Assembly: GCA_951406725.2 (NCBI GenBank) | Contig: OX597826.1 | Coordinates: 37,758,001 to 37,822,000 of the forward strand | From: Octopus vulgaris | Lineage: Eukaryota | Reading direction: 5' to 3' | Length of the DNA: 64,000 nucleotides | Shown here: one piece after another, positions 1-12,225 of the stretch | Layout: each line of letters opens with the position of its first letter | Position numbering within the stretch: the first letter of the stretch is position 1 | The notes under the pieces: generated by a model | Told to the model about the DNA's origin: nothing | The model's database searches: none | Seen by the model: the letters and a program-made list of their open reading frames with translations, nothing else | Made by a program: the position numbers and the translations under genes

Positions 1-221
1 AGTAAATGATTGAATATATATCAAAATGTGATATGAATGTGTGGGTCTTTGTATGTATACACACACACACATGCACAGATAGAAAGTGACTAGTAGATTT
101 TATTTGTATCTCCAAGAAAAACAATTTATTACTTCAATAATATATTGTTATATACAATATGCACACACATATATAAATATGTATACTTACACTACTTACA
201 GACACACACACACATATATGT

Positions 222-267
<46 letters not shown>

Positions 268-423
268 GTATGTGTATATACATATATCTATATATATATA
301 TATACATGCACACATTCTTACATTCACACATATATAATATATAGACATAATTATCTTATCTACTCTTCATACCTAAATGAAATGTTTGTGCTTATGTATG
401 TATATACATGTATATAAATACAA

Positions 424-503
<80 letters not shown>

Positions 504-989
504 ATATATATATACATATAACTATGCACACACACATATCAGTAAAAAGTTATCTAATACAAGCTGGGTGGTAATCCAGTTTAGAGTAGTTTTCGAAGAT
601 GGCGATCAAACTTGGAATTCCAGTTTCGAATGAAGGGTAATCCAACTTGTCAACGTGTCAATTGTCTCTGGACATTTGTATATACTCACCACTCCTCCCA
701 ACACCACTCCTGGTCTCCCGTTTACCTTTCAACTCCGGATGCCCCACTAATCATTTCGAGGCTTCGACGCTTTTCTCAGCTCACTTTTTCTAACGCGCTT
801 GTCGCCTGCTCTAGACTTCTATACATGTCTCCTCTGCTCACCCTTTTTCTTTTCCTCCATCATTCACGCTGCACTCAGAGTAACAGGTTTTGTTGAATTT
901 TCTGCTGCTTTTAAATAAAGCATATTACTCTACCCCTGGTATTTGAGTACTCTTTTTTCCACCTTGTTTCACATTTATGTGTTTACTCC

Positions 990-1033
<44 letters not shown>

Positions 1034-1154
1034 ATAACTAATAAAATAGAGTATAAAAATAGAGTATATATTTACATATATATATATATATATGTGTGTA
1101 TATATATATATGTGTGTATATATATATATGTGTGTATATATATATATGTGTATA

Positions 1155-1261
<107 letters not shown>

Positions 1262-1282
1262 ATATATACTCTATTTTATTAG

Positions 1283-2070
1283 TTACTTGTTTCAGTCCAG
1301 TCATTAGACTGCGGCTTAAAGGGTTTTAGCCGGACAAAGCGACCTCTGGACTTATTCTTTGTAAGCCTAGAACTTATTTCATTGGTGTTTTTGGCCGAAC
1401 CGCTATGTTACTGGGACGTAAACACACCAACATCGGATCTGTTGTCAAGCGATGATGGGGGCACAAACAAAGACACGAATACACACACACATACACACAC
1501 ACATATATACATATATTATATATAAAATCCGTTCTGTCTGTCTGTCTGTGTGTCTTCTCAGATCTCGGGCACCCTCAATCCGATTGCACTCAAATTTGAT
1601 ATGTATATACCAACGGTATCTGGACGTGTATAGGTCTCGAAAAAATTACAAAAATCGATTCCAGGTGAGAATGCGATCGATAAAGCCGTGGGAACGTGTA
1701 TTAGTAAAATCGTTTTTCTTGGAATAGAAAAAAGTCTATCTTTATTTCTTCTTTTGCTGGTGTCTCAAACTTAGGTTAAATCAGTGTTTCTCAAAGGGGA
1801 AGCCTATGGGACTGTCGGATAAATTGTTTTGAGAAAATTTGGTTTAAATGTTTGACAACTCAGCACCGTCCATTGGGCGGGGGGCGTTTTGCTAGAATAT
1901 ATATATATATATATACGACGGTCTTCTGTTTCCGTCTACCAAATCCACTCACGAGACTTTGGTCGACCCGAGACTATAGTAGAAGACACTTACCTAAAAT
2001 GCCACGTAATGGGACTGAACCCAGAAACATGTGGTTGGGACGCAAGATTCTTACTACACAGCCACTCCTG
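1283..2070 (-). mobile_element. SINE family A copy interrupted by the Helitron-like element
   Basis: 3' half at 1283-1480 and 5' half at 1915-2070 match the intact copy at 8579-8970 in reverse complement. Confidence 0.8.
1516..1895 (+). mobile_element. Non-autonomous Helitron-like element nested in a SINE
   Basis: 5' TATATATAAAA followed by (GTCT)n; 3' GC-rich hairpin CCGTCCA-T-TGGGCGG (1866-1880) 11 nt before terminal CTAG (1892-1895). The canonical 5' TC is not evident. Confidence 0.65.
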
Positions 2071-2075
2071 TATAT

Positions 2076-2120
<45 letters not shown>

Positions 2121-2287
2121 TATATATATATATATACATATATTGCTTTATTCTTTTAATTGTTTCATTCATTTGACGTTGGCCATGCTGGAGCACTGCC
2201 TTTACCCGAGCATATCGACCCCAGGACTTATTCTTTGTAAGCCTAGTACTTATTCTATCGGTCTCTTTGGACGTAAACACACACACT

Positions 2288-2386
<99 letters not shown>

Positions 2387-2390
2387 TCGT

Positions 2391-2720
2391 GACACTCCGT
2401 CGGTTACGGCGATGAGGGTTAAAGTTGATCCAATCAACGGAACAGCCTGCTCGTGAAATTAACGTGCAAGTGGCTGAGCACTACACAGACCCGTGTACCC
2501 TCAATGTAGCTCTCGGTGAGATTCAGCGTGACAAGGCTGGGCACTTAGAAATACAAGTACAGCAGGAACAGGAAGAAAGAGTGAGAGAGCAGAATTTGCC
2601 ATCAAACCCCGCCCGGAGTGTCGTGGGGCTTTAGGTGTTTTCGGTCAATAAACAACGCCCGGTCTGGGAATCGAAACCGCGATCCTATGACAGCGAATCC
2701 GCTGCCCTAACCACTGAGCC
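2391..2720 (-). mobile_element. SINE family B copy
   Basis: Colinear with 10225-10577, with small deletions. Confidence 0.85.
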
Positions 2721-4307
2721 ATATATATATATGTGTGTGTGTGTGTTTTTGTGTGTGTCTGTGTGTGTGTGTGTGTGTATACTCATACATATATATATAT
2801 AGAGAGAGAGGTACATACATACATACATACATACATACATACATACATACGTACATACATACATACATACACGCATATATAACGTGGATAGGGTTAAAAT
2901 CCAAACTGTCTCCTCATGTAGGAATTTCTAATAGGAGATATTTCACATGTATAATTTTGTAACTCCTATTAGCAAACGAAACACCTGTAATCATGAATAG
3001 ATAACACCAAAAATATTTCCAACCTCATGCTTTGATGTGTGTAAACATATATATATATATATATATATATATAAATGTGTATATACATGCACATACGCAC
3101 CTATGAGTATGTCTATTGTATTTGTAGGTGCGTACGTGTGTCTTTATTTAACTCAGTCTATAGCATGATGTTGCTTATATTGCGTCACCTTATCTGCTGT
3201 AACATAGCGGTTCGACAAACAGGCGCGATTTAGTAAATTCTGCTTTGAAATAATTACTTATATACTGAGATTAATACGATCAACTGCAGTTCTCTATCAT
3301 AGCCGTAATTCAGTGACTAAAGCCATTAAGAGTTTGAAACAATAAAAAGCTAACTGGAATGATTTAAGAGAATTCTCGCAAAGAAACTGTTTTCTGATGA
3401 ACGAACAAGCAATAAAAGTGTTTTACATACAAAGAGACACTGGAAAGGAATGTGTTATAAATTCTGCAGATGAAAGACAAGAAGGAAGGAAGCCATTTTG
3501 AGAACAGTATGTAACATGGTGAAGATGAAGTGTGGATTGGCCACAAAAATAAGAAAGAGGAGTGGGGGAGAGATGTGGCGATGAGGATGGTGAGAAAACG
3601 CAGGAAAGAGTATAGTTTTATGAAAAGGTATATTATAGATATGTATTGATTAATCGGAACGAGAAAAGATTTTGATGCAGAGATGATTCTGGGTAAAGAA
3701 CGTCTGTGCTATGTAGTACATATAAGAAAACCCAGTTGAGATGGGAAAAGATACCAATTCCGAGCAGATAAGGACGTGAATTTATAAAGAAAATATGGAT
3801 AAATTTTTAAAACAAAAATGTTCTCGAAGTGAAAACCAGAAATTCCTCAAGAACTTCAAATAAGGTGTCTGGGAAGAAGACAAAGAAAATTACAGTGAAG
3901 AAGGAACGGCCTGATTCTTTTTTTTTCTTTTTTTTTGGGGTGGTGGTCGGGGAGAAAAGCGTTTCTAAATATCAGATATCGATTATTGGTAGGATTTGAC
4001 CCAATAAGTAATAATATTTGTGAAGAAGATAGAAATATTTTTGTAACTGGCACTCGAAACAGGCAAAAGAAAGATAGACGGACGATTGTAGCGAAATGTT
4101 GTTTAAGTTGAGGAATTGGTAAAAAAATCAAATAGAAAGGAGTAACATAATTAAGGGAGATATAGGAATGGTTGTGGAATGCTATGTCTGAAAACGGTAA
4201 AAGATAGTTCTAGGAGAAAATGAAAGAAAATTGAGGAACTTAAGTTCTGCAATTGTGTTTAGAAAAGTATTCAGCACCATTGCTTTATGAGTTTATTATA
4301 CTACTGA

Positions 4308-4385
<78 letters not shown>

Positions 4386-4508
4386 GAGGAGGAGGAGGAG
4401 GAGGAGGAGGAGGAGGAGGGGACGAGGAGAAGGAGGGGGTTGGGGAGGAGGAGGGGGGAAGGAGCAGGAAGGGGACGAGGAGAAGGAGGAGCAGGAGTGA
4501 GGAGGCGA

Positions 4509-4574
<66 letters not shown>

Positions 4575-5224
4575 TGTAGTAGTAGTAGTAGTAGTAGCTG
4601 CAGCAGCAGCAGCAGGAACTTCAACAGTTGTAGCGGTTGCAGCCGTTGCCTGTGGTTACAGCAGAGGCAGCAGCGGCACCAGTGTTAATGAGATAGTCTT
4701 CCTCTTGTTGCATTAGATTTGAAGAATTTGAAAAGTCATCGAGTGCAGTGATTGATTAATCGCTAATTCCACAAATTACTAATTGAATTAGGAATAGGAA
4801 AAAAAAACTGTTTTTCATAGATTCTGAAAATGGCATCGTAAATAAATGGGACTTTTATCATAGCAACATAACAACGTTTCCAAGCTGGAATCTTAGAACT
4901 TGGAATCATAGATAAACCAAAAACGAAAACATTTGTTTCACAAATCCCAGTTCACGTCATGACAAATCATGTGTAGCTACTTCCGATTGAAATCACGTTT
5001 ATAAGACCCTACTTCCGTTACAAAGCATGTTTTCATAGAGATGGAAATTAATGAGAGGGTGAGAGAGAGAGAGAGAATACGATGGAGAAAAGAGAGAGAG
5101 AGATAGGGAGAGAGAGAGAGAGAGAGAGAGCTGACGATTTGGAAATAAGAAATAACAAGAACTGAAATATTTCCGGTTAATTACCACCACTTCATAGTCC
5201 CAAAATTTCACTTACGCATTATGC

Positions 5225-5261
<37 letters not shown>

Positions 5262-5358
5262 GCATATATATATATATATATATATATAGATATATATATG
5301 TATATATATATATGAATCTATATATATATATATATAGAATCTATATATTTATATATAG

Positions 5359-5408
<50 letters not shown>

Positions 5409-5424
5409 AACACATGAATAAATG

Positions 5425-5484
<60 letters not shown>

Positions 5485-5714
5485 CACGCCCGTGAATATC
5501 TGTGTTTGTGTGTTTGTGAGTTCTTTGAACGCATTGAAAGAAACGCTTTGTGTTGGACTCACAGTTTTAATAAGGTGCACAGACGCCTATTCCTTTATTC
5601 ATTCACGCGTAGATAAATAGAAAGAGCCAACCAGGTTGTCAAACAGAGAGAGAAATGTTGTCAACAGATGTATAGACACATACGTGTATACACGTACATA
5701 TACACATGCACACA

Positions 5715-5751
<37 letters not shown>

Positions 5752-5929
5752 ATCTCTCTATCTCTCTCTATCTCTCTCTCTCATATATATATATATGTGT
5801 TTGTGTGTGTGTGTAAACATACATACATGCATATATATATATATTATAAATATTAGGGAATAAATCCAAACTTACAGGGAAAAAATCAGATTTAGGATTG
5901 AATCCAATTTTATAGTAAAATATTATATT

Positions 5930-6300
5930 ATGTTAAATTAGAGATAAAACCACTATTAGGCAAATCATACAATGAAAAACTTAAGCCAATACATAAGATT
6001 ATTTAATTTATATTATTTAAATATATAACAAAATTATTAAAAATATATAATTAATATAACACTACGATCATTGATTAAACCTCGCCAAGTTAAATAGTTA
6101 AACCACCTGATGAATGACTGTAACTCGAAAATTTAAAGAAATTAACAGCGATGAAACGATCGTAGTGTTATATTAATTATATTTTTTTAATAATTTTGTT
6201 ATATATTTAAATAATATAAATTAAATAATCTTATGTATTGGCTTAAGTTTTTCATCGTATGATTTGCCTAATAGTGGTTTTATCTCTAATTTAATATTAT
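5930..6300. repeat. ~140-bp inverted repeat enclosing a hammerhead-like motif
   Basis: TTAAATTAGAGATAAAACCACTATTAGGC..AACACTACGATC (to 6069) is the reverse complement of GATCGTAGTGTT..GCCTAATAGTGGTTTTATCTCTAATTTAA (6158-~6295). Confidence 0.92.
6101..6170 (+). ncRNA. Minimal type-I hammerhead ribozyme-like motif
   Basis: AAC-CAC | CTGATGA (6107-6113) | imperfect stem II | GAAA-C-GATC-G-T | A6164 | GTG-TT. Canonical core and palindromic stem III ACGATCGT. Confidence 0.65.
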
Positions 6301-6418
6301 ATATATATATATACTTCTACATATTTTGTTGTGTCTGGGGAGAGTCATTCTCTTTTAGTGCCGTATTATTTAACACACACGTTGGTTAAGTTTCCACTCA
6401 TTTGCTTATTTATTTTTC

Positions 6419-6455
6419 CTAAAATTATCGTTGCGTCTTGCAACCTTTACAATAG
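6419..6455 (-). ncRNA. Degenerate hammerhead-like motif (U3-A8 type)
   Basis: Minus CTA|TTGTAAA|G|GTTGC-AAGAC-GCAAC|GATA-AT-T|T|TAG. A paralogous element lies at ~49565-49700. Confidence 0.4.
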
Positions 6456-6832
6456 TCGTTGACTCTCACTTATACATACATATATATATAAAGGGAAATT
6501 TTGAGACTGATGAACTGAAGATGATTAACAAGAAATATTTTTGTATATATGTATGCATGCTTGTATGTATATGTGTATGCGTGTGCGTGTAGAGAGAGAA
6601 GGAGAGAGAATGAGAGAGGTCGTTGTGAAAATTGCATACCGATTCTCTTTTCATCTTATTTATAAATGGATTTATTTATTATCACGAGTCAGTTAGAAAA
6701 GGGAGTTTATGGTCCGTGACATATCTAGGTTGTCTGGCGGGAAGGGAATAACAAATGTCCTATCTTGGGTTGTTGCTAAGATAGGAATTCATGCATAACA
6801 TGCCACGTGGAGACCCGATCACGATATTTATA

Positions 6833-7214
6833 TATTTCTTTATTGCCCACAAGGAGCCAAACACAGAGGGGACAAACAAGGACAGACAAAGGGATTAATT
6901 CGATTACATCGACCCCAGTGCGTAACTGGTACTTAATTTATCGACCCCGAAAGGATGAAAGGCAAAGTCGACGATATTTATAGGCAGCGAGCTGGCAGAA
7001 ACGTTAGCGCGCCGGACGAAATGCGTAGACGTATTTCATCTGTCGTTACGTTCCGAGTTCAAATTCCGCCGAGGTCGACTTTGCCTTTCATCCTTTCGGG
7101 GTCGATAAATTAAGTACCAGTTACGCACTGGGGTCGATATAATCGACTTAATCCGTTTGTCTGTCCTTGTTTGTCCCCTCTGTGTTTAGCTCCTTGTGGG
7201 TAGTAAAGAAATAG
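6833..7214. mobile_element. SINE family C: partial minus copy (6833-6972) back-to-back with a full plus copy (6983-7214)
   Basis: GGCAGCGAGCTGGCAGAAACGTTAG..GAGTTCAAATTCC..GCCTTTCATCCTTTCGGGGTCGATAAATTAAGTACCAG; the upstream segment is its reverse complement. Confidence 0.85.
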
Positions 7215-8176
7215 ATATTTACAACGGAGAAGAAACGCTCCTAAAGATAACAGTAGGCCCGCTTATAGCGTAAACAGGATGACGCTCTGAAAGCATCACG
7301 CATTTAGGTATGAAAACAATGATTTCGCGGAAAAAGCATAATCGCTCATTAATGTTGATGTGTTCGTTTTCTTCAAAATTTTATTATAACCTCTGATGTG
7401 ATGCGATAAGAACAAATTTAACTTTAGTAGTAAACGCATTCGCAGGGGGAGTGAAATCTGTCATGGGACCGGAAGTAATAAATACATTTACGGGCGGAAT
7501 GCAATTTGAACATAGACCGGAAGTGGTGTGCATACTCGCTAGCTGTGGATGGGCTGTAACGGAGTCTGAGCCGATAAATTTTAAAACCGTGTTTAAGATC
7601 GGCGTCTGGGACTCAGTTACTTTTAGTGATGTCCGATCTGTTACTAGTATTTATGTCACGTCCCCCGAAGATTTAGCCCTACTACGTGACCCTTATGGGG
7701 ACTTTAATTTTGTAACAGGGATACAGGCTTCAGCCCAGGTCTCTGATCAGAATATGACTTCGTTCTGCCTTCTGTGAATGCGCGTGGCCTAGTAGTTGCC
7801 CTCACGATCGCCTATTCGTGGGTTCGATTCACAAACAGACCCATGGGTTGGAGGGTTGGGGGTGATGCAAAGGTACCATCCATCAGGAGTAGTATGAAGT
7901 CACTAACAAATTGTGGATGCAACGACGCGCTGTTATAGAGCATGCCCCATGTTGCTGCTGCTGCTTCTGCTGCTGCTTCTGCTGCTGCTGCTGCTGCTGC
8001 TGCCACATTATTGTCGGAGGATCTGAAAGAAGTTATGGATTGTGAGTAATATACCAGTTGGGACACACGACACACACATCCTAGTAACTAGTGAGAGCTT
8101 CAGTTGTTTCCAGCCACGAAGTGAAGACCTTGGTCTTCGAAATACTGTTTTACTTATCATACATTCACAGACGCAC

Positions 8177-8242
<66 letters not shown>

Positions 8243-8284
8243 TCACTCACACACATACGCGCACACAAGTATATACGCTTTATT

Positions 8285-8462
8285 ATTATAGCTGCAAAAA
8301 TATCACAGAAATATCACACAAAAAAACTGCTACTCAGACTTTCACATTCCCGTTCGACGAGCAGTTGTGATCATACCTACCCGACGAACGGGAACGTAAA
8401 ACTCTGAGTAGCAGTTTTTGTAATATTTTTGTGATGTGTTTGCAACTTTAATGATAAAAAAC
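8285..8462. repeat. Inverted repeat with two divergent degenerate hammerhead-like motifs
   Basis: Minus 8327-8364: CTGC|TCGTCGA|ACG-GGAA-TGT|GAAA-GTC-T-GAG-T|A|GCAG. Plus 8377-8414: CTAC|CCGACGA|ACG-GGAA-CGT|AAAA-CTC-T-GAG-T|A|GCAG. Confidence 0.75.
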
Positions 8463-8463
8463 G

Positions 8464-8522
<59 letters not shown>

Positions 8523-8578
8523 GATATATATATATACATATACATATACATATATATATATGTATGTATGTTTATATA

Positions 8579-8970
8579 GGAGTGGCTGTGTGGTAAGTAG
8601 CTTGTTTACCAACCACATGGTTCCGGGTTAAGTCCCACTGCGTGGCACCTTGGACAAGTGTCTTCTACTATAGCCTCGGGCCGACCAAAGCCTTGTGAGT
8701 GGATTTAGTAGACGGAAACTGAAAGAATCCCGTCGTATATATATATATGCGTATGTATGTTTGTGTCTGTGTTTGTCCCCCTATCATTGCTTGACAACCG
8801 ATGCTGGTGTGTTTATGTCCCCGTTACTTAGCGGTTCGGCAAAAGAGACCGATAGAATAAGTACTGGGCTTACAAAAGAATAAGTCCCGGGGTCGAGTTG
8901 CTCGATTAAAGGCGGTGCTCCAGCATGGCCGCAGTCAAATGACTGAAACAAGAGTAAAAGAGTAAAAGAA
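8579..8970 (+). mobile_element. SINE family A (tRNA-like head, CORE-like CCTTGG(G/A)CAAG, internal TA/TG tract, GAGTAAAA tail)
   Basis: Pol III A/B-box-like TGGCTGTGTGGTAAG and GGTT(C/A)AGTCCC. Near-identical copies occur at several other places in the window. Confidence 0.88.
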
Positions 8971-9520
8971 TATATACACGAATATATATGTACTTGTTTT
9001 AGTCATTCGATTGCAGCCATATATGTATGCGTATGTGTGTGTGTGTGTTCGTGCGCGTTTGTGTGCATTTGTATGTGCTTGTTGTGTGTATGAAATGTAA
9101 ATTAGTAATATAACAAAACCTGCTGCATGTAAATGTTATGAGCCTACACGAAGATTGAATGCAGAATATAAAGACGGTGGAATGAAATCAATGAAGCCGT
9201 GAAGTAGTGGAATTTTGTCGAGTAAATTGATTAAATTTAAGAATGAATGTGATTGCCAATGAGTGATTAAGCGTCTGTCGAGCAAAATAGAATGAAAAAA
9301 GTAGTCGATGTGACCTTCACGTTTTGGCCCGGAGCTATAAAGAGGAATGGAAACCAGGTCACGCACATGGCTTGCTGCGAGCTAACGGTCTTCAGTGGCG
9401 GGGTTCGCCTACAATTCAAGGCAAGAATATGCTTTACAATGGATTATAAATGGAAACATGTGAAAGCTACAGTTCTATAGAATGTAGACTTTGAATGTGG
9501 CAGATTGGATATACACGCTC

Positions 9521-9840
9521 ATACATACATACATACATACATACATACATACATACATACATACATACATACATACATACATACATACATACATACATAC
9601 ATACATACATACATACATACATACATACATACATACATACATACATACATACATACATACATACATACATACATACATACATACATACATACATACATAC
9701 ATACATACATACATACATACATACATACATACATACATACATACATACATACATACATACATACATACATACATACATACATACATACATACATACATAC
9801 ATACATACATACATACATACATACATACATACATACATAC
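9521..9840. repeat. (ATAC)n microsatellite, ~320 bp perfect
   Basis: Direct reading. Confidence 0.98.
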
Positions 9841-9924
9841 TGATAGACGAACGGACAGGTATATATGCAAACACGCAATTACCGACTCATAAACACACTC
9901 ATAACACGCACACACGCACACACG

Positions 9925-9959
<35 letters not shown>

Positions 9960-10224
9960 TCACACTAATGTTCACAGTCTCACATAAACATACTGTTATG
10001 CATACATATATAGATATTCACATATATACACATTCATCCTCATTTCACTCATACACACATATACACACAGCCATTCAAATACGCAGCACAAACGCACATA
10101 TGCACACATATAGACCTATACACACACAAATACATAAGTAAATATATATGCACACATATATACATATATATACACACACATATATATATACATGCATAAA
10201 CATACATAGATATATACTTATATA

Positions 10225-10577
10225 GGAGCACTCCGTCGGTTGCGACGATGAGGGTCCCAGCTGACACGATCAACGGAACAGCTTGCTCGTGATATTAACG
10301 TGCAAGTGGCTGAGCACTCCACAGACACGTGTACCCTTAACGTAGTTCTCGAGGAGATTCAGCGTGACACAGCTTGTGGCAAGAGAAACAGGAAGAAAGA
10401 GCGAGAGAAAGTTGTGGTGAAAGAGTACAGCAGGGTTCACCACCATCCCCTGCTGGAGCCTCGTGGAGCTTTAGGTGTTTTCGCTCAATAAACACTCACA
10501 ATGCCCGGTCTGGGAATCGAAACCGCGATCCTCCGACCGCGAGTCCGCTGCCCTAACCACTGGGCCATTGCGCCTCC
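10225..10577 (-). mobile_element. SINE family B (tRNA-derived head)
   Basis: Minus strand GGCGCAATGGCCCAGTGGTTAGGGCAGCGGACTCGCGGTCGGAGGATCGCGGTTTCGATTCCC has A and B boxes. Shared body CGTGCAAGTGGCTGAGCACTCCACAGACACG recurs elsewhere. Confidence 0.88.
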
Positions 10578-10639
<62 letters not shown>

Positions 10640-10682
10640 CTATATATATATGATATATATATATATATACACATACACACAT

Positions 10683-10719
<37 letters not shown>

Positions 10720-10975
10720 CGTATATATACATATAAGTACACACACACACAGACAAAGAACAGGAAGAACAGGAAGTGTGACTGTCAGGTATATCAACAC
10801 TTCTCGTTAGATTTATGGATCTCGGCATAAAGGTTCTTGTTGAGATTTTTGATAGTTTTAAAGGTTGTTAAACACAATTTTCGATCTTTGAAAATTTGTT
10901 CTAGACTCAGAAAAAAACAATGCTAGATTTCAAATTAACTTATTGTTTGCATGGCTTGAGAAATAATGGCAGGTT

Positions 10976-11109
10976 GAAGAAGAAGAAGAAGAAGAAGAAG
11001 AAGAAGAAGAAGAAGAAGAAGAAGAAGAAGAAGAAGAAGAAGAAGAAGAAGAAGAAGAAGAAGAAGAAGAAGAAGAAGAAGAAGAAGAAGAAGAAGAAGA
11101 AGAAGAAGA

Positions 11110-11110
<1 letters not shown>
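10976..11110. repeat. (GAA)n microsatellite
   Basis: Direct reading. Confidence 0.98.
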
Positions 11111-11705
<595 letters not shown>

Positions 11706-11810
11706 TCTTTTCTTTTCCAATTTGTTTAATCTGCTGAGTGTATATGAATAATAATAACTTTAGCAATAACAACAACAACAACAACAACGACGACAACGAC
11801 AACGATAATG

Positions 11811-11874
<64 letters not shown>

Positions 11875-11876
<2 letters not shown>

Positions 11877-12225
11877 CCCACTTGATTCCATGATCGTAAT
11901 GAAAGAGGAAGAAAAAATACAATCCCTTAAAATTTAAAATAGGAAGAATTTGGAGCATGCGAACAGTAAAGGTCGTGCCTATAATAGTTGGTGCGTTGGG
12001 AACAGTAAGCCAAGATACAGACTAATGGCTGAAGCGGATTGGAACAGAATGCCCAGTAGAGCTCCTAGAGAAAGTTTGCCTCTTAGGGACAGCAAGGACT
12101 ATCAGGAGGGTTGTAAGCACGTGAAAGACTGTCGAAAACTTGTAGATACCTAAGGTTACAGGTAGTAACCCGCTATCCACATAAGTCATACCAGGAATAA
12201 GGTCAAACCTGAGCCAAACCAAAAT
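11875..12225 (+). mobile_element. Second R4/Dong-like 3' fragment with 3' UTR, embedded in (TAA)n
   Basis: KEEEK..YNPLKFKIGRIWSMRTVKVVPIIVGALGTVS..LLEKVCLLGTARTIRRVVST*. (TAA)n lies on both sides. Confidence 0.8.

Noticed and set aside
560-991. Unique-looking segment between TA tracts, possibly a pLTR fragment
   Set aside because: No ribozyme motif, ORF homology or second copy visible, so it cannot be classified.
10500-10577. tRNA-like sequence on the minus strand
   Set aside because: It is the head of SINE family B and continues into the SINE body; not a stand-alone tRNA gene.
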